A DNA stretch of 64,000 bases from NCBI GenBank assembly GCA_963932905.1, contig CAWVRN010000011.1, forward strand, positions 1 to 64,000, written 5' to 3'. How positions within the stretch are numbered: the stretch's first letter is position 1; each line of letters opens with the position of its first letter. The stretch comes from an uncultured Bdellovibrio sp. (GTDB lineage Bacteria; Bdellovibrionota; Bdellovibrionia; Bdellovibrionales; Bdellovibrionaceae). Positions 18,237 to 29,091 of the stretch are shown here, piece after piece. Under the pieces are notes generated by a model, which was not told the DNA's origin, ran no database searches, and saw nothing but the letters and a program-made list of their open reading frames with translations. The translations under genes were made by a program, and so were the position numbers.

Positions 18237-21200
18237 AAACAATTAGCCTGTTAGCTATTATATCATTTTTATTTACTTTGAGTGGGTGTAAAAATCCGCT
18301 TGATGAGTCTGGTTACTACAAGTCGACGATTGACGACGCTTATAATGCTCTTTTGCGCCTTCCAGGAAATTTTAACTTTTTAACATATGAAATGCAGTCG
18401 TCCCAGGTGACACTATCTTGGGAACCGTCAGAACGCGCAGATCGTTACCAAGTTAAATATGGCACAACAAGTGGTTCCTATTCTACAACCGCAAGTTGTA
18501 TTGAATCGCCTTGCACGATTGCGGGCCTAGACAATGGCGTGACTTACTATTTTACTGTGCTCGCCATAAACCCCCGAGGATCTACGAGTGTGTCGTCGGA
18601 GTTAGTTATAACGAATTCTTTTTCCATCTCTTCGGTCGTAGTCAATGGTGCCAATTCTTTGACTGTAGCATGGACAAGTTTGCCCGGGGCTACATCCTAT
18701 AGTTTAAAATATGGCACAGCTTCAGGTAGCTATTCAACTACGTTAACGAATCAAACAAGTCCCACTACAGTCAGCGGTCTAACGGCGGGAACAACCTATT
18801 ATTTCATGCTGACAGCAAACAACTTGGCAGGCTCTGTAAACGCATCCGCTGAAGTACAAGGTATACCGATTGGAAGTTTTAATTTAAGCAGTCTAGCCCC
18901 ACAAACCGGAGCAGCAAGCCTCACTTGGGGAAGCGCAACGGGAGCAACCACATACGACATTCTTTTGGGCACAGCCTCTGGAGCATACTCGACAACCTTT
19001 TCAAATCGAACATCACCGTCGACAGTTAATTCTTTAACAGCCGGAGTCACATATTATTTTAAAGTCCGAGCCAATAATGCCTATGGATCCTTAACGACAA
19101 CGAACGAGCTTAGCGGCGCCGTTTATCAATCTCTGAGTCTTAATATTCCATTTTCCGTAGGGACAGATTCGAGTTATATATTTTCAAACTCGAGTATAAC
19201 TGATTTCACTGGTGGATTGTTCAGATTAAAACCGGCAGATCAAACAGACGATGATTCATCATCTAGTGGCTTTGGTGGAGCCACTCACACTGGAACACAA
19301 TATGACTCAGTAAATAGTTATGTCAGATTAAATACTACGACTAACAATTCATTTCTAGATTCAAGTTGGACGCCCCAGTGGAATAGTCTCATAGGCTATT
19401 GGAAAATGGAAAACAATTGGAATGATACGAAAAATTCAAACCATGGGACAAGCACTGGAGTTACGTATTCGACACCTGGAAAAATCGGCAGCCATCATTC
19501 AGTTTTTAATGGATCTGCGTATGTAACTATTCCGAGTATTAATTTAAACGGTAATTTTACCGCCTGTACATGGGTGAACGTAAATTCGACCGCGACCAAC
19601 ATTCAAACCATTTTTAGCAATTCTGCGGGAAGCATTTCAGACGGATTTAAATTTTATATAAATACATACAACACAACAGATAAAAAAATATGCTTTGAAA
19701 CAGGTAATGGTTCCACAATTATTAACACGTCGACAGCATCTAATATTTTTGCATTTGACAAATGGAACCACGTTTGTGTCTCTGCAGTAAAATCTACAGC
19801 TAAAGTATCTATTTTCTTGAACGGTGATCGGGTGCTAGATTCTGGAACTACACTCAGTGCATATAATACATCGGCAGCTTTACATTTTGGGCAGATGGCA
19901 AATAATTCGTGGCGATTTAACGGTAAAATGGATGATTTTGCGCTATGGAGTGTAAACTTATCTGCTTCAGAAATAAAAAACATTTATGAACGACAATTCG
20001 CTAAGTACACTGGAATAATCGAATCCCGAGTGATCGATGCGTTTTCTTCTCAGTCCTGGACCAACTATACTGTCACAACGACGTTACCATTTTACAAAGA
20101 ACTTCCAGGACAGTCCGGCAATGAATCGTCCGGTCAGTATCCAAGCTTAGTTGGGTCAGCCGGGAGTACCAGTGATAATAATTTAATGAGCGGCTTAGTT
20201 GCCTTGTGGCATTTAAATGAAAATGCCGGGTCAACATTTGCCGACGTCTCGGGAAATGGAAACCACGGAACAGGGTACGGCAATTTAACCAACACTGAAT
20301 GCAGCGGCTTATCTACCGTCGATAATTGCGCCGGCAATACTGGGGTGTTTGGCCGAAGTGTGACTTTTAATGGTACAACCGCTTCATCCCATTATATAGA
20401 TATACCTAACTCAGCGACTTTAGAAAATATTCAAGAAAGTTCTTCAACGTATTCAATTTGGTTTAAACAATTAAGATATCAAAGTGGATCTATTTTTGTA
20501 AAACAAGGATACAACCTTGGCTTTAGACAGCTTAGCGATGGCCGCGTCGGTTTTGATATCTATAGTAGCTCAAATGCCTATTCTGGAATATACACATCGG
20601 CGGCCGGAACCGACGAATGGAGAAATCTAACAGTCACGCTCGATTATACCACAGGGTTTATCAGACTCTATTTAGATGGAAACTTGGTTCAGTCAGTTAA
20701 TATTGGCGTCGGTTATACTATGCGCGAATACGGTACGAACGGTTGGCGGGTGGGAACAGCCGTCGCCTGCTCAGCTGGAACTGCGGGATACTGTTCTCCC
20801 GCCAGCGGATCAGTCGATGAAGTAGCTCTTTGGAATAGAGTTTTAAATGCCACCGAAATCAAGCAGCTCTATCGACGTGGGGCAAATAGAATCAAATACC
20901 AAATTCGCTCATGCACTTCGTCGGACTGCTCTGACCAAGAGGCCTTACTAACCAATTATAAAGGTTGGAAAGGTCCAAATGGCTCGGGTCTAACGTATTT
21001 TAGTGAACTTTACAATACGACTTCAAACTCAACAACAGGAGCTATCCAAACAAGTAATTTGGCAATAGCGTTCTCTAACTTTTCAGGAAGTGGCCTAAAC
21101 ATAACAAACAACCGCTATTTTCAGTATCGAGCTATTCTTGAGAGCGACGATTCCAATGCATTATGTAGTTACGATGGTGGATCGACGTCTACGGCCTGTT

Positions 21201-21580
21201 CTCCCGAATTAAAATCAGTCGTCATCGGACCCAATCACTATTCAACCACGAACGCCTACGTAACAAATAAATCATCGCTCGGATCGCTCTATCAGACCCT
21301 CAGCGGTTTTACAGCGACACTCGGAGGTAATAGCTGCAGTGGTGATCGCTACTCGGTTTCGAGTGATGGTACAAATTTTTGGTATCACAACGGATCTGGA
21401 TGGACCTTGTCAGATGGAACGTATGCAAAAACAAGCACAGCAGCTCAAATCAACTTAAATATAAGTACACTTGTTGCCGCTATGGGCGTTGGCACACTAC
21501 AGGTCAGAACTTATCTGAACTCTGACGGAGCGACTCCGTGTGAGATTGATAATATACTGATTCAAGGACAGAAAAATTAG
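18233..21580 (+). CDS. Large lipoprotein with three FN3 repeats and two LamG/concanavalin-like domains
   Basis: Lipobox LSGC; three W...A..Y...YGT.SG.YS...GL..G.TYYF repeats; two LamG blocks (YWKME.../F.G.MDDFALW; LWHLNE.../GSVDEVALWNRVL). Start overlaps the upstream stop. Confidence 0.88.
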   Translation: MKTISLLAIISFLFTLSGCKNPLDESGYYKSTIDDAYNALLRLPGNFNFLTYEMQSSQVTLSWEPSERADRYQVKYGTTSGSYSTTASCIESPCTIAGLDNGVTYYFTVLAINPRGSTSVSSELVITNSFSISSVVVNGANSLTVAWTSLPGATSYSLKYGTASGSYSTTLTNQTSPTTVSGLTAGTTYYFMLTANNLAGSVNASAEVQGIPIGSFNLSSLAPQTGAASLTWGSATGATTYDILLGTASGAYSTTFSNRTSPSTVNSLTAGVTYYFKVRANNAYGSLTTTNELSGAVYQSLSLNIPFSVGTDSSYIFSNSSITDFTGGLFRLKPADQTDDDSSSSGFGGATHTGTQYDSVNSYVRLNTTTNNSFLDSSWTPQWNSLIGYWKMENNWNDTKNSNHGTSTGVTYSTPGKIGSHHSVFNGSAYVTIPSINLNGNFTACTWVNVNSTATNIQTIFSNSAGSISDGFKFYINTYNTTDKKICFETGNGSTIINTSTASNIFAFDKWNHVCVSAVKSTAKVSIFLNGDRVLDSGTTLSAYNTSAALHFGQMANNSWRFNGKMDDFALWSVNLSASEIKNIYERQFAKYTGIIESRVIDAFSSQSWTNYTVTTTLPFYKELPGQSGNESSGQYPSLVGSAGSTSDNNLMSGLVALWHLNENAGSTFADVSGNGNHGTGYGNLTNTECSGLSTVDNCAGNTGVFGRSVTFNGTTASSHYIDIPNSATLENIQESSSTYSIWFKQLRYQSGSIFVKQGYNLGFRQLSDGRVGFDIYSSSNAYSGIYTSAAGTDEWRNLTVTLDYTTGFIRLYLDGNLVQSVNIGVGYTMREYGTNGWRVGTAVACSAGTAGYCSPASGSVDEVALWNRVLNATEIKQLYRRGANRIKYQIRSCTSSDCSDQEALLTNYKGWKGPNGSGLTYFSELYNTTSNSTTGAIQTSNLAIAFSNFSGSGLNITNNRYFQYRAILESDDSNALCSYDGGSTSTACSPELKSVVIGPNHYSTTNAYVTNKSSLGSLYQTLSGFTATLGGNSCSGDRYSVSSDGTNFWYHNGSGWTLSDGTYAKTSTAAQINLNISTLVAAMGVGTLQVRTYLNSDGATPCEIDNILIQGQKN

Positions 21581-21661
21581 AACCGTAGAACTTTTATTAA
21601 CGGGGATTATTATGTCTTTGTATTCAAGCAAGAGACCACTGAATACTAATTAAATTTGCCT

Positions 21662-22209
21662 CTAGCGATATTTTCCATCCCGCTCCTGATTGTTAATGTA
21701 AGCGGACTTTTCGTATCCCAAATCGTCTCTTTGTATCCTGACTTTTTCCAAAAGAGACACCAAATCTTCGATTGAAACGGTTAGATCTAGAAAGTGAACG
21801 TTTCCGTGTTCATCGATATCTTCTAAAATATATTCTATGATATCAATTAATGAATCTGGGCAAACGCAGAAATTTTTAAAGCGGTCGCGCCAATTTCTCT
21901 ATCGCTTTTAAAAGCAGTCGATAGAGAGCTTATCATTTCAGCCTCATTTTTTAGAAGAGCCTGGCAAGCGGCCCGGTATAAATGAGGATAAGCGGCATTC
22001 TGACCGTATTTTTCAATTCGTTCTTCGAAAATAGAGAGTGCTTCGACAGCATTACCCATGGCCAACAGAGTTTTTCCTTTTGTCATTAATAGTGAGTGAT
22101 TGTTTTTGTAAAGTTTAAGACCGGCCTCTGCGATGGCTAAAGATTCTGCATAGAGTCCTTTATAAAACTTTTCGTCTGCAACCATTTCAAATTCTATGCT
22201 GTCTTTCAA
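21662..22209 (-). pseudogene. TPR-repeat protein, apparently frameshifted or truncated
   Basis: 21847-22209 encodes TPR-like helices and stops abruptly; a further ~60-codon open frame (DIIEYILEDIDEHG...) without a start runs to 21662 in another frame. Confidence 0.45.
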
Positions 22210-22287
22210 TTTGGGGTTCCTTAAATAACGTTTGGTTGGATGCGATCACTGGTAAATGTCAACACTCGTAAGTCAGTTTTTAAAAAA

Positions 22288-24783
22288 TTAAATCCCATTT
22301 GTTGGATACGAATACATAATAACATTTGTGACCGTTCCGTTTTGGAAGGTGCATGTTCCGTTTGTTTTGTAATTCCCTTGTCCTTGGTAGGCCCCGAAGT
22401 TAGGTGAATAGATGCAGGCTTCGTACGATTCGCAAAGTCCGTTGTCGTTACCGATATCATCGTCCATGATCTCGGTAGCGTTAATTAAAAAAGTTCTAGG
22501 TGATGTGGCAGAATCCGTGAGTGCTTTATTTCCATGAATTGCCGACGGACATGCCGCTCCGGCAACGAATGGATCGTTGCTACTGACACCATTGCCACTT
22601 TTATTCAAAATGTAGGTGTCTGTTGAATTTAGGCGCGTATCAATTATTTGACAGCTTCCGGAAATGCATTGGCTTGTGTCATTGAGATTTGATGTGCTCC
22701 AGCCTCGAAATATATTATCAAAATTAAGCCAGTCATTGATAGCTCCATAAGCGGCCGGAGCTCCCGTATCGGAACTATTGGCCGTGTCATTCGTACTCAA
22801 AAGACCTATCATGGAAGGGTAAAGGTTCGTTGTGCCTAGAAGGGTCCATGTTGCATCCGAGGCACCCTGATTTACACAACCACTAGTCAAACCAGGATTG
22901 GTACCACCACTTACATCGCAAGCTAAAGACGATCCAGCGATCAGCATGTTATTAGTAAACTTGTTATTGCTTGAGCTGTACATCGAAATGGCAGTTGGGA
23001 TACCATTATTTGTATCTGTTGCGATTTGAGATAAGGTGTTATGAGATGGACCGTTATCTATCCAAATCTGTGTGTAGGTGTTGGAACAAAGAACTTGATT
23101 GATCGTATTATAACTAACATAGGTATCCAGAAGACTTAAGCAATCTGCGTAGTTATAAGCGACCGTTGCGTGGTTCAACGTATTCCCTGTTGTGGGAGTG
23201 TTAGCTCCTCCTAATTTAATAACATGAGAATGAATAGATTGAATATTATTTGCAATATTATCCCTAGCGCCGCCTTCCCATCCACCAATGTTAAGGCTTC
23301 CATAACTTCGTGCAGTTTTAATATCGTTAAGAACATTTCTAGAACCTTGTAAGAGCAGCGTTGATGCGTAATTTAATTCAGTTTCATTAGCTATGTGGAC
23401 ATCTGAAAAAAGATTATCATTACCGGTAATCCATATAAATGCGTAATCTCTGTTTTTATAGGTATGCATTTTTAAAGATTTGATAATGTTATTGCTGCTA
23501 CTCAAAAGATAGAACGTGTCACCGTACGTGTTGTTGATTGTGATATTCTGAAATCTTGAGAAAGTGACAGAAAAAATATCCAGGCCCAGTACCATACGGG
23601 TGGGGGTAGTGAGTTCGCCTTCAACCCAAAGATACTTCTGGGACCCGGCGGCGACGACACACTCCCAATTCGGGGACGACATCGTGCCATCGGTCCAGTT
23701 ACAGTTAGAAGCGCTTCCACTATAGTTCAGTACCTGCCCAGATTTGATGACCAGACCAACCTTTGACTGACTTAAGTTGACGCCTTCAGTATTGGCACTA
23801 GTTCCAACGACTAAGAGAGTTCCTGGCGTAAGGCCATTGATATTTTTTACTCCTGGGGTAACGTCTAAATTTTGAATCGTATTTGTCCACCACTTTGATG
23901 GTGTTGTGGCACCAAGAGTATTGACTCCGTTCGTCACTGTCACCGAATTGTCCAAAAAAACTAACATTGGAAAATCAATCAAATCGCTTAATCCTTTGCC
24001 GTGTTTAAGACCCGTCGAAAAAAAGGTGGCTTCACCAGAAACTACTTCACAAATCCAATCAAAAGCGCCGAGCAAATCGGAGGCGGAGAGCCCCGTACAC
24101 GAAGTATAGCCAGGAATTCGGACTTTTAGTTTTTCTCCCCCGTGAATACAGCCATAGTAACCGGTCTCTGTACCAACACAGGCCACATCATTCTGAGCAT
24201 GTCGGCTTTTATTAGCATCCGAGTTGGCGACGTAATCCAGGAAATTAGTACCATTGGTAGGATAAACTTTTTCTACCAAGATACTTACAGGTGCAGGGTC
24301 GTCGTCAATGATCGTAAATATATGTGTTTCTTGGGAACCCAGTGTTGCATTTGTTTGCGGCGTTCCTAATGTGAAGATAATCGTTTCCGGTCCTTCATAG
24401 GTGCTGTCATTTAATAAGGTGAGGCTAATCGAGGCTGTTGTTTGGCCAGCAGGAATAGTAATGGGAGTGGTGGCTGATAGAGTAAAATCGACAGATTGCG
24501 TGGCTGTACCAGACAGAGAGAAAGGAATGACAACGTTTTGAGTTGTGGTGGCAGACAAAACTAAAGATAGGGTGGCAGAAGAAGAATTTTCTAAACCACT
24601 TGAGGCTGCTGTGGAAAAAATCACTGTGGGCACGGTGGGCAATGTCGGCGCTAGATCATCGCCTTCTTGGCTACTTGATGAGTCTGGCGTTTGAAACGAT
24701 GCTATTTTTGCATTCAAAAAACACACGATGTTACTCACGGCAAATAATAGGATGATTAGGCAGCGTGTTTTAAATTGAGACAT
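22288..24783 (-). CDS. Surface protein with Calx-beta domain and right-handed beta-helix
   Basis: V.F.......E......L.LS...IP..LSGTAT...DF...D..YEG.ETI...L...TI.DDD (Calx-beta); Asn-rich beta-helix repeats; Cys-rich C-terminal cap (GNDNGLCES.EAC.YSPNFGAYQG). Confidence 0.8.
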   Translation of the reverse strand: MSQFKTRCLIILLFAVSNIVCFLNAKIASFQTPDSSSSQEGDDLAPTLPTVPTVIFSTAASSGLENSSSATLSLVLSATTTQNVVIPFSLSGTATQSVDFTLSATTPITIPAGQTTASISLTLLNDSTYEGPETIIFTLGTPQTNATLGSQETHIFTIIDDDPAPVSILVEKVYPTNGTNFLDYVANSDANKSRHAQNDVACVGTETGYYGCIHGGEKLKVRIPGYTSCTGLSASDLLGAFDWICEVVSGEATFFSTGLKHGKGLSDLIDFPMLVFLDNSVTVTNGVNTLGATTPSKWWTNTIQNLDVTPGVKNINGLTPGTLLVVGTSANTEGVNLSQSKVGLVIKSGQVLNYSGSASNCNWTDGTMSSPNWECVVAAGSQKYLWVEGELTTPTRMVLGLDIFSVTFSRFQNITINNTYGDTFYLLSSSNNIIKSLKMHTYKNRDYAFIWITGNDNLFSDVHIANETELNYASTLLLQGSRNVLNDIKTARSYGSLNIGGWEGGARDNIANNIQSIHSHVIKLGGANTPTTGNTLNHATVAYNYADCLSLLDTYVSYNTINQVLCSNTYTQIWIDNGPSHNTLSQIATDTNNGIPTAISMYSSSNNKFTNNMLIAGSSLACDVSGGTNPGLTSGCVNQGASDATWTLLGTTNLYPSMIGLLSTNDTANSSDTGAPAAYGAINDWLNFDNIFRGWSTSNLNDTSQCISGSCQIIDTRLNSTDTYILNKSGNGVSSNDPFVAGAACPSAIHGNKALTDSATSPRTFLINATEIMDDDIGNDNGLCESYEACIYSPNFGAYQGQGNYKTNGTCTFQNGTVTNVIMYSYPTNGI

Positions 24784-24813
24784 AAACCTCTTAAAATATT
24801 TTTTACAGTATTT

Positions 24814-24840
24814 TAATCGGCAGATTCAAGAAAACCCTTA
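24814..24840 (-). promoter_or_regulatory. sigma28 (FliA)-like promoter
   Basis: TAAG-N15-GCCGATTA, 30 nt upstream of the Calx-beta gene start; consensus is TAAA-N15-GCCGATAA. Confidence 0.7.
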
Positions 24841-24955
24841 AGTGAAGGTTTCTCAAAATGATATGAAAACGTAGCATGTTCTTGAAATTCAGAGTTTTAT
24901 ATTTAATATTCATACTAATTTGTGGCTTTGTATGCCGACAATTTTATAGACTTCT

Positions 24956-26599
24956 TTAATTCACTATAGGTATGGAAAGCCGGAAGCAGCTCCCTTTGCC
25001 AGGTTGTGATCGTACTAGTTCCAATTGCCCCCCGATAGATTGAGCTAGTTTTTTGGATACGATAAGTCCCAGACCTAAACCGCCTTGAGACCGTGTTAAC
25101 GAACCATCTATTTGCCCAAATATCTGATAGAGTGAATTTGTCTTTTCCGAATCTATACCAATTCCTGTATCTTCCACTTCAAAAATTATTTTGCCCTTGC
25201 TTCCACTTTTTAAATCGGGTTCGGAAAACGCACGCATCTTTACTAGCCCCGTTGTAGTAAATTTTATGGCATTATCTAACAAATGCATTAGTATTTTTTC
25301 CGCTTGCGAAACAAATGTATAAACAGAATTAGGAAAACCGTTTTCATATGAAAGTACTAGGTTCAATCCCTTTCTAGCCGCTTTAGGTTTAAAAAAAATC
25401 GCAATGTTTTCGAAAAATTGATCAACATCTAAAGCATCTTTAAGAGTCGATTTATCGGTCATTTCGGCTTCGGATATAGACATTATGTCGGCCAGTATAT
25501 CCGCTAGCCTTTTTGCATTCTCGCGAATCCGACTCAAATATAGAGTTTGTTCACTTTGACATTCTGACAACAGAATCTCGCTAAACCCCAAGATGGCGGT
25601 CAAAGGGGTCCGTAATTCATGGCTAACATTATTTAAGAATTCTGTCTTTGATCGGGATAGCGACTCGGATTCCTCTTTCAAAAGGCGTAACGTGCTTTCT
25701 GATCTTTTTTGATCTGAAATATCGGTCGCAGTCGTAAACCAACTCGCATCGTTTACCACCAAACCGGGAATGAAGACCGCAGATATTAAATGATGTATAT
25801 AGACATTGTCTGCCGCTCGTTTTAACCTGGTTTCGCATTGAAAGGACACGTTCTTGGAAAATGCCCATTCAATAGTTTTCATCACTTCGGGTTTGTCGTC
25901 AGGATGGATGAAACGGCTTAAACTATCTAGGTTAATGGGACCTGTACTTATGGATGTAAAATCCGTAAATCTACGATTTCCATATTCTATGCATCCCTCC
26001 TGGTCCATTTTCCAGGCCAGCTGAGGAATCGAGTCGAGCAAAGCTTTAAAAAATGATTTCGATTGCAATGCTTCATGCTCGGCTCGAATACGATTCTGTA
26101 TCTCTTTACTTAGTTGATGATTGAACTGTTCAAGCTCCAATACCTTCTTTGAAAGCTGATTGGTTAAAATTCTTAGATGCTCCCGTTCGTAGCGAGGACC
26201 AATTTCAGAGTTAGTCCCACTCACAGAAGACAATGCCGCTGTGACCGCGTTCAAAATCTCGTCGGGTTCGGCCGGTTTTATTAAAACGGCAGATACTCCG
26301 CCTGATTTGGCCAACGCAATTTCTTCATAACCCGAATAGGTACCTGTATAAAAAATCACTTTTAAATGGGGATAGGTGGAACTTAGGCGAATGTTTCTTA
26401 GAAACTCGTAACCATCCATGATTGGCATTAAAACATCGGTAATAACGAGATCTGGTTTGTGCTGCTGGATCAGATCGAGTCCTTCCTTCCCATTGCTGCC
26501 TTCCAAAACTAAATAGCCTCGCTCAAGCAAAATATTTTTGGTAATCATTCTAAAAAGTAAATTGTCGTCTAATATCAATATATTTTGTTGTTCAACCAT
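24956..26599 (-). CDS. Cytoplasmic REC-PAS-histidine kinase
   Basis: N-terminal receiver (LDD, D-VLMP, KP), PAS/PAC, H-box SHELRTPL, N/G1/F/G2 boxes. Confidence 0.93.
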   Translation of the reverse strand: MVEQQNILILDDNLLFRMITKNILLERGYLVLEGSNGKEGLDLIQQHKPDLVITDVLMPIMDGYEFLRNIRLSSTYPHLKVIFYTGTYSGYEEIALAKSGGVSAVLIKPAEPDEILNAVTAALSSVSGTNSEIGPRYEREHLRILTNQLSKKVLELEQFNHQLSKEIQNRIRAEHEALQSKSFFKALLDSIPQLAWKMDQEGCIEYGNRRFTDFTSISTGPINLDSLSRFIHPDDKPEVMKTIEWAFSKNVSFQCETRLKRAADNVYIHHLISAVFIPGLVVNDASWFTTATDISDQKRSESTLRLLKEESESLSRSKTEFLNNVSHELRTPLTAILGFSEILLSECQSEQTLYLSRIRENAKRLADILADIMSISEAEMTDKSTLKDALDVDQFFENIAIFFKPKAARKGLNLVLSYENGFPNSVYTFVSQAEKILMHLLDNAIKFTTTGLVKMRAFSEPDLKSGSKGKIIFEVEDTGIGIDSEKTNSLYQIFGQIDGSLTRSQGGLGLGLIVSKKLAQSIGGQLELVRSQPGKGSCFRLSIPIVN

Positions 26600-26658
26600 A
26601 TTGATTTAGTTAACAAGAATTGATAATTAAAACCAGACAAATTTCAGAAAGAAACAAT

Positions 26659-28974
26659 ATGATGAAAAACATGTCCGTTAAAGAAATGGGAAATGACTTA
26701 TTCGATAAGCTAATTGAGGTCGCTCCAAGTGCTATGATTATGATCGACGAGGACGGGCAAATTCTTCTTGCAAATTTACAAGCGGAAAGACTTTTTGGAT
26801 ACTCAAAAGTCGAGCTACTTGATTTAAAAATTGAAAGTTTAGTTCCTGATCGATTTAAATCGCATCACCCTCATTTACGAAAGTCTTTTTTTGAAAAGCC
26901 GCAAAATCGGGCTATGGGCGCGGGACGGGAACTTTTTGGAAAGCGCAAAGACGCGACCGAGCTGCCTATTGAAATCGGTTTAAACCCACTCGATATTAAG
27001 GGAAAAACGTACGTGCTGGCATCGATTATCGATATAAGTGAACGGAAAAAATCGGAAGATAGGTTTCGCTTAGCGGTGGAGGCGGCACCGAATGCCATGA
27101 TTATGATCGATACTGACGGAAAAATTGTTATGGTTAATAAACAAACCGAGCATTTGTTTTTATACGAAAGAGCCCAGCTATTGGGGCAGCCGATAGAAGC
27201 ATTAGTTCCTGAAAGATTTAGACATCACCATCCCGATCTTCGCAGTGGGTTTGCAAAAGACCCCAAAATTCGCTCGATGGGCGCCGGACGAGATCTGTTT
27301 GGACGCCGTTCTGACGGAACAGAAATTCCGATAGAAATCGGGTTAACTCCTGTCGGTGAGAAACCGACGTTGTTTGTTCTGGCCTCCATCATAGATATTA
27401 CAGAAAGAAAGAAAAACGAGCAGTTAATTGCGGCCAAAGAAGCCGCCCTGGAAGCTTCGCGCATTAAGTCTCAGTTCTTGGCAACTATGAGCCACGAAAT
27501 TAGAACTCCTCTAAATGGAATCGTTGGTCTTACTAATTTGTTATTCAATATGGAGATGAGTGAACAGCAAAAGGAACACCTGATAGGGATTCGCGCGTCG
27601 ACAGATACCCTCCTCAGTTTAATAAATGATATTTTAGATCTCTCTAAAATTGAAGCGGGCAGAATGGAAATTGAAATCACTGATTTCAATGTTGGGCAGA
27701 TAATATCCGATGCGGTAAGTGTCATAAGTCCAGCGGCTAAAACAAAAGGACTCTATTTAAAAACTGAAATTGATGAAAGTCTTCCGACCTGGCTTAAAGG
27801 AGACATGGCTAAGCTTAAGCAAGTGCTAATTAATTTGTTAGGAAATGCGACAAAATTCACGGAAAAGGGCGGGATCACCGTTCGAGTCAAAAAAATCTCG
27901 TCGTCAAATGGAATAGTTTTTATTCGATTTGAAGTGGAAGATACAGGAATTGGTATTTTAGAAGCCACTAAAGACCGTCTTTTTGAAGTTTTCTCTCAAG
28001 GCGATAATTCCACAAGCCGCAAATATGGTGGAACTGGCCTAGGTCTTTCTATTAGCAAAAAGTTGATTGAAATTATGAATGGAGAAATAGGTGTTACTGG
28101 AACTCCCGGCCATGGCAGTTGTTTTTGGATTACTGTTTCTTTATCTGAAGGTGTTGAAATCAAAAAAGCTCTGAAGCAACCTAAGAGCTTGGTTCTTCGC
28201 GACCAGGCGAAAAAATTTAATGTCCTTGTGGCTGAAGACAATGTGATAAATCAAAAAGTGGCTTTGGGGACGCTAAAAAACTTCGGAATTGATGGGCAGG
28301 TTGTCGGTAATGGAATTGAAGCTATTGAGATTCTCAATAGAATTCCATTTGATATCATTTTGATGGACTGCCAGATGCCAGAAATGGATGGATTTGAAGC
28401 CACTTCAAAAATACGACAAAGTGAAACTCCGCGCATAAGAAAGATTCCTATTGTGGCAATGACGGCAAATGTGATGCAAGGTGATCGCGAGCGGTGTTTA
28501 GAGGTCGGAATGAACGACTATATTTCTAAACCGATTGACCAAAACGATTTAGAAAGAATTCTTTTACGTTGGCTTCCCATTGACCCAGAAAACTTAATGC
28601 CTGAACAATCTGATAGTCAGGTTTTAGCGGTTTCAGATGCTCTAGTTAAACTAAGAAACACCTACAATGATGGATTAGTGAAAGATTTAATTAATACGTT
28701 TGTAATGACGACTCCTCAGAATTTGAACAAATTGGAAAAGGCGTTTCAGCGTTTTGATTTCAAAACTATTTTAATGGAATCGCATACAATTAAATCAACT
28801 AGTCTTTTACTTGGTTTGACCGATTTCTCGTCTTTAGCTTTTCAAGTTGAAAAAACATGTCGCCAAGAAAACAAAAATCATTTGGAAATTCAGATTCCGA
28901 TCCTTATAAAAGGATTTTCCGTGGCAGTCATGAAACTGAAAGAAGCCGCAGAGAATCTTAATTTAAAAAGTTAG
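26659..28974 (+). CDS. Hybrid histidine kinase PAS-PAS-HisKA-HATPase-REC-Hpt
   Basis: Two near-duplicate PAS domains, SHEIRTPLNG, GGTGLGL, receiver DCQMPEMDG, C-terminal HTIKS Hpt motif. Start uncertain (26620-26686). Confidence 0.93.
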   Translation: MMKNMSVKEMGNDLFDKLIEVAPSAMIMIDEDGQILLANLQAERLFGYSKVELLDLKIESLVPDRFKSHHPHLRKSFFEKPQNRAMGAGRELFGKRKDATELPIEIGLNPLDIKGKTYVLASIIDISERKKSEDRFRLAVEAAPNAMIMIDTDGKIVMVNKQTEHLFLYERAQLLGQPIEALVPERFRHHHPDLRSGFAKDPKIRSMGAGRDLFGRRSDGTEIPIEIGLTPVGEKPTLFVLASIIDITERKKNEQLIAAKEAALEASRIKSQFLATMSHEIRTPLNGIVGLTNLLFNMEMSEQQKEHLIGIRASTDTLLSLINDILDLSKIEAGRMEIEITDFNVGQIISDAVSVISPAAKTKGLYLKTEIDESLPTWLKGDMAKLKQVLINLLGNATKFTEKGGITVRVKKISSSNGIVFIRFEVEDTGIGILEATKDRLFEVFSQGDNSTSRKYGGTGLGLSISKKLIEIMNGEIGVTGTPGHGSCFWITVSLSEGVEIKKALKQPKSLVLRDQAKKFNVLVAEDNVINQKVALGTLKNFGIDGQVVGNGIEAIEILNRIPFDIILMDCQMPEMDGFEATSKIRQSETPRIRKIPIVAMTANVMQGDRERCLEVGMNDYISKPIDQNDLERILLRWLPIDPENLMPEQSDSQVLAVSDALVKLRNTYNDGLVKDLINTFVMTTPQNLNKLEKAFQRFDFKTILMESHTIKSTSLLLGLTDFSSLAFQVEKTCRQENKNHLEIQIPILIKGFSVAVMKLKEAAENLNLKS

Positions 28975-29091
28975 TTATTGGGTAGTATAAAGTAGCTGTT
29001 TTTGAAGGGGTGGCTGAATAGAGCCTCGACTATCGGCTCAGTTCGCAAATGATTTACGGATTTCATATTATTTTCGGGTTACTATATATCT

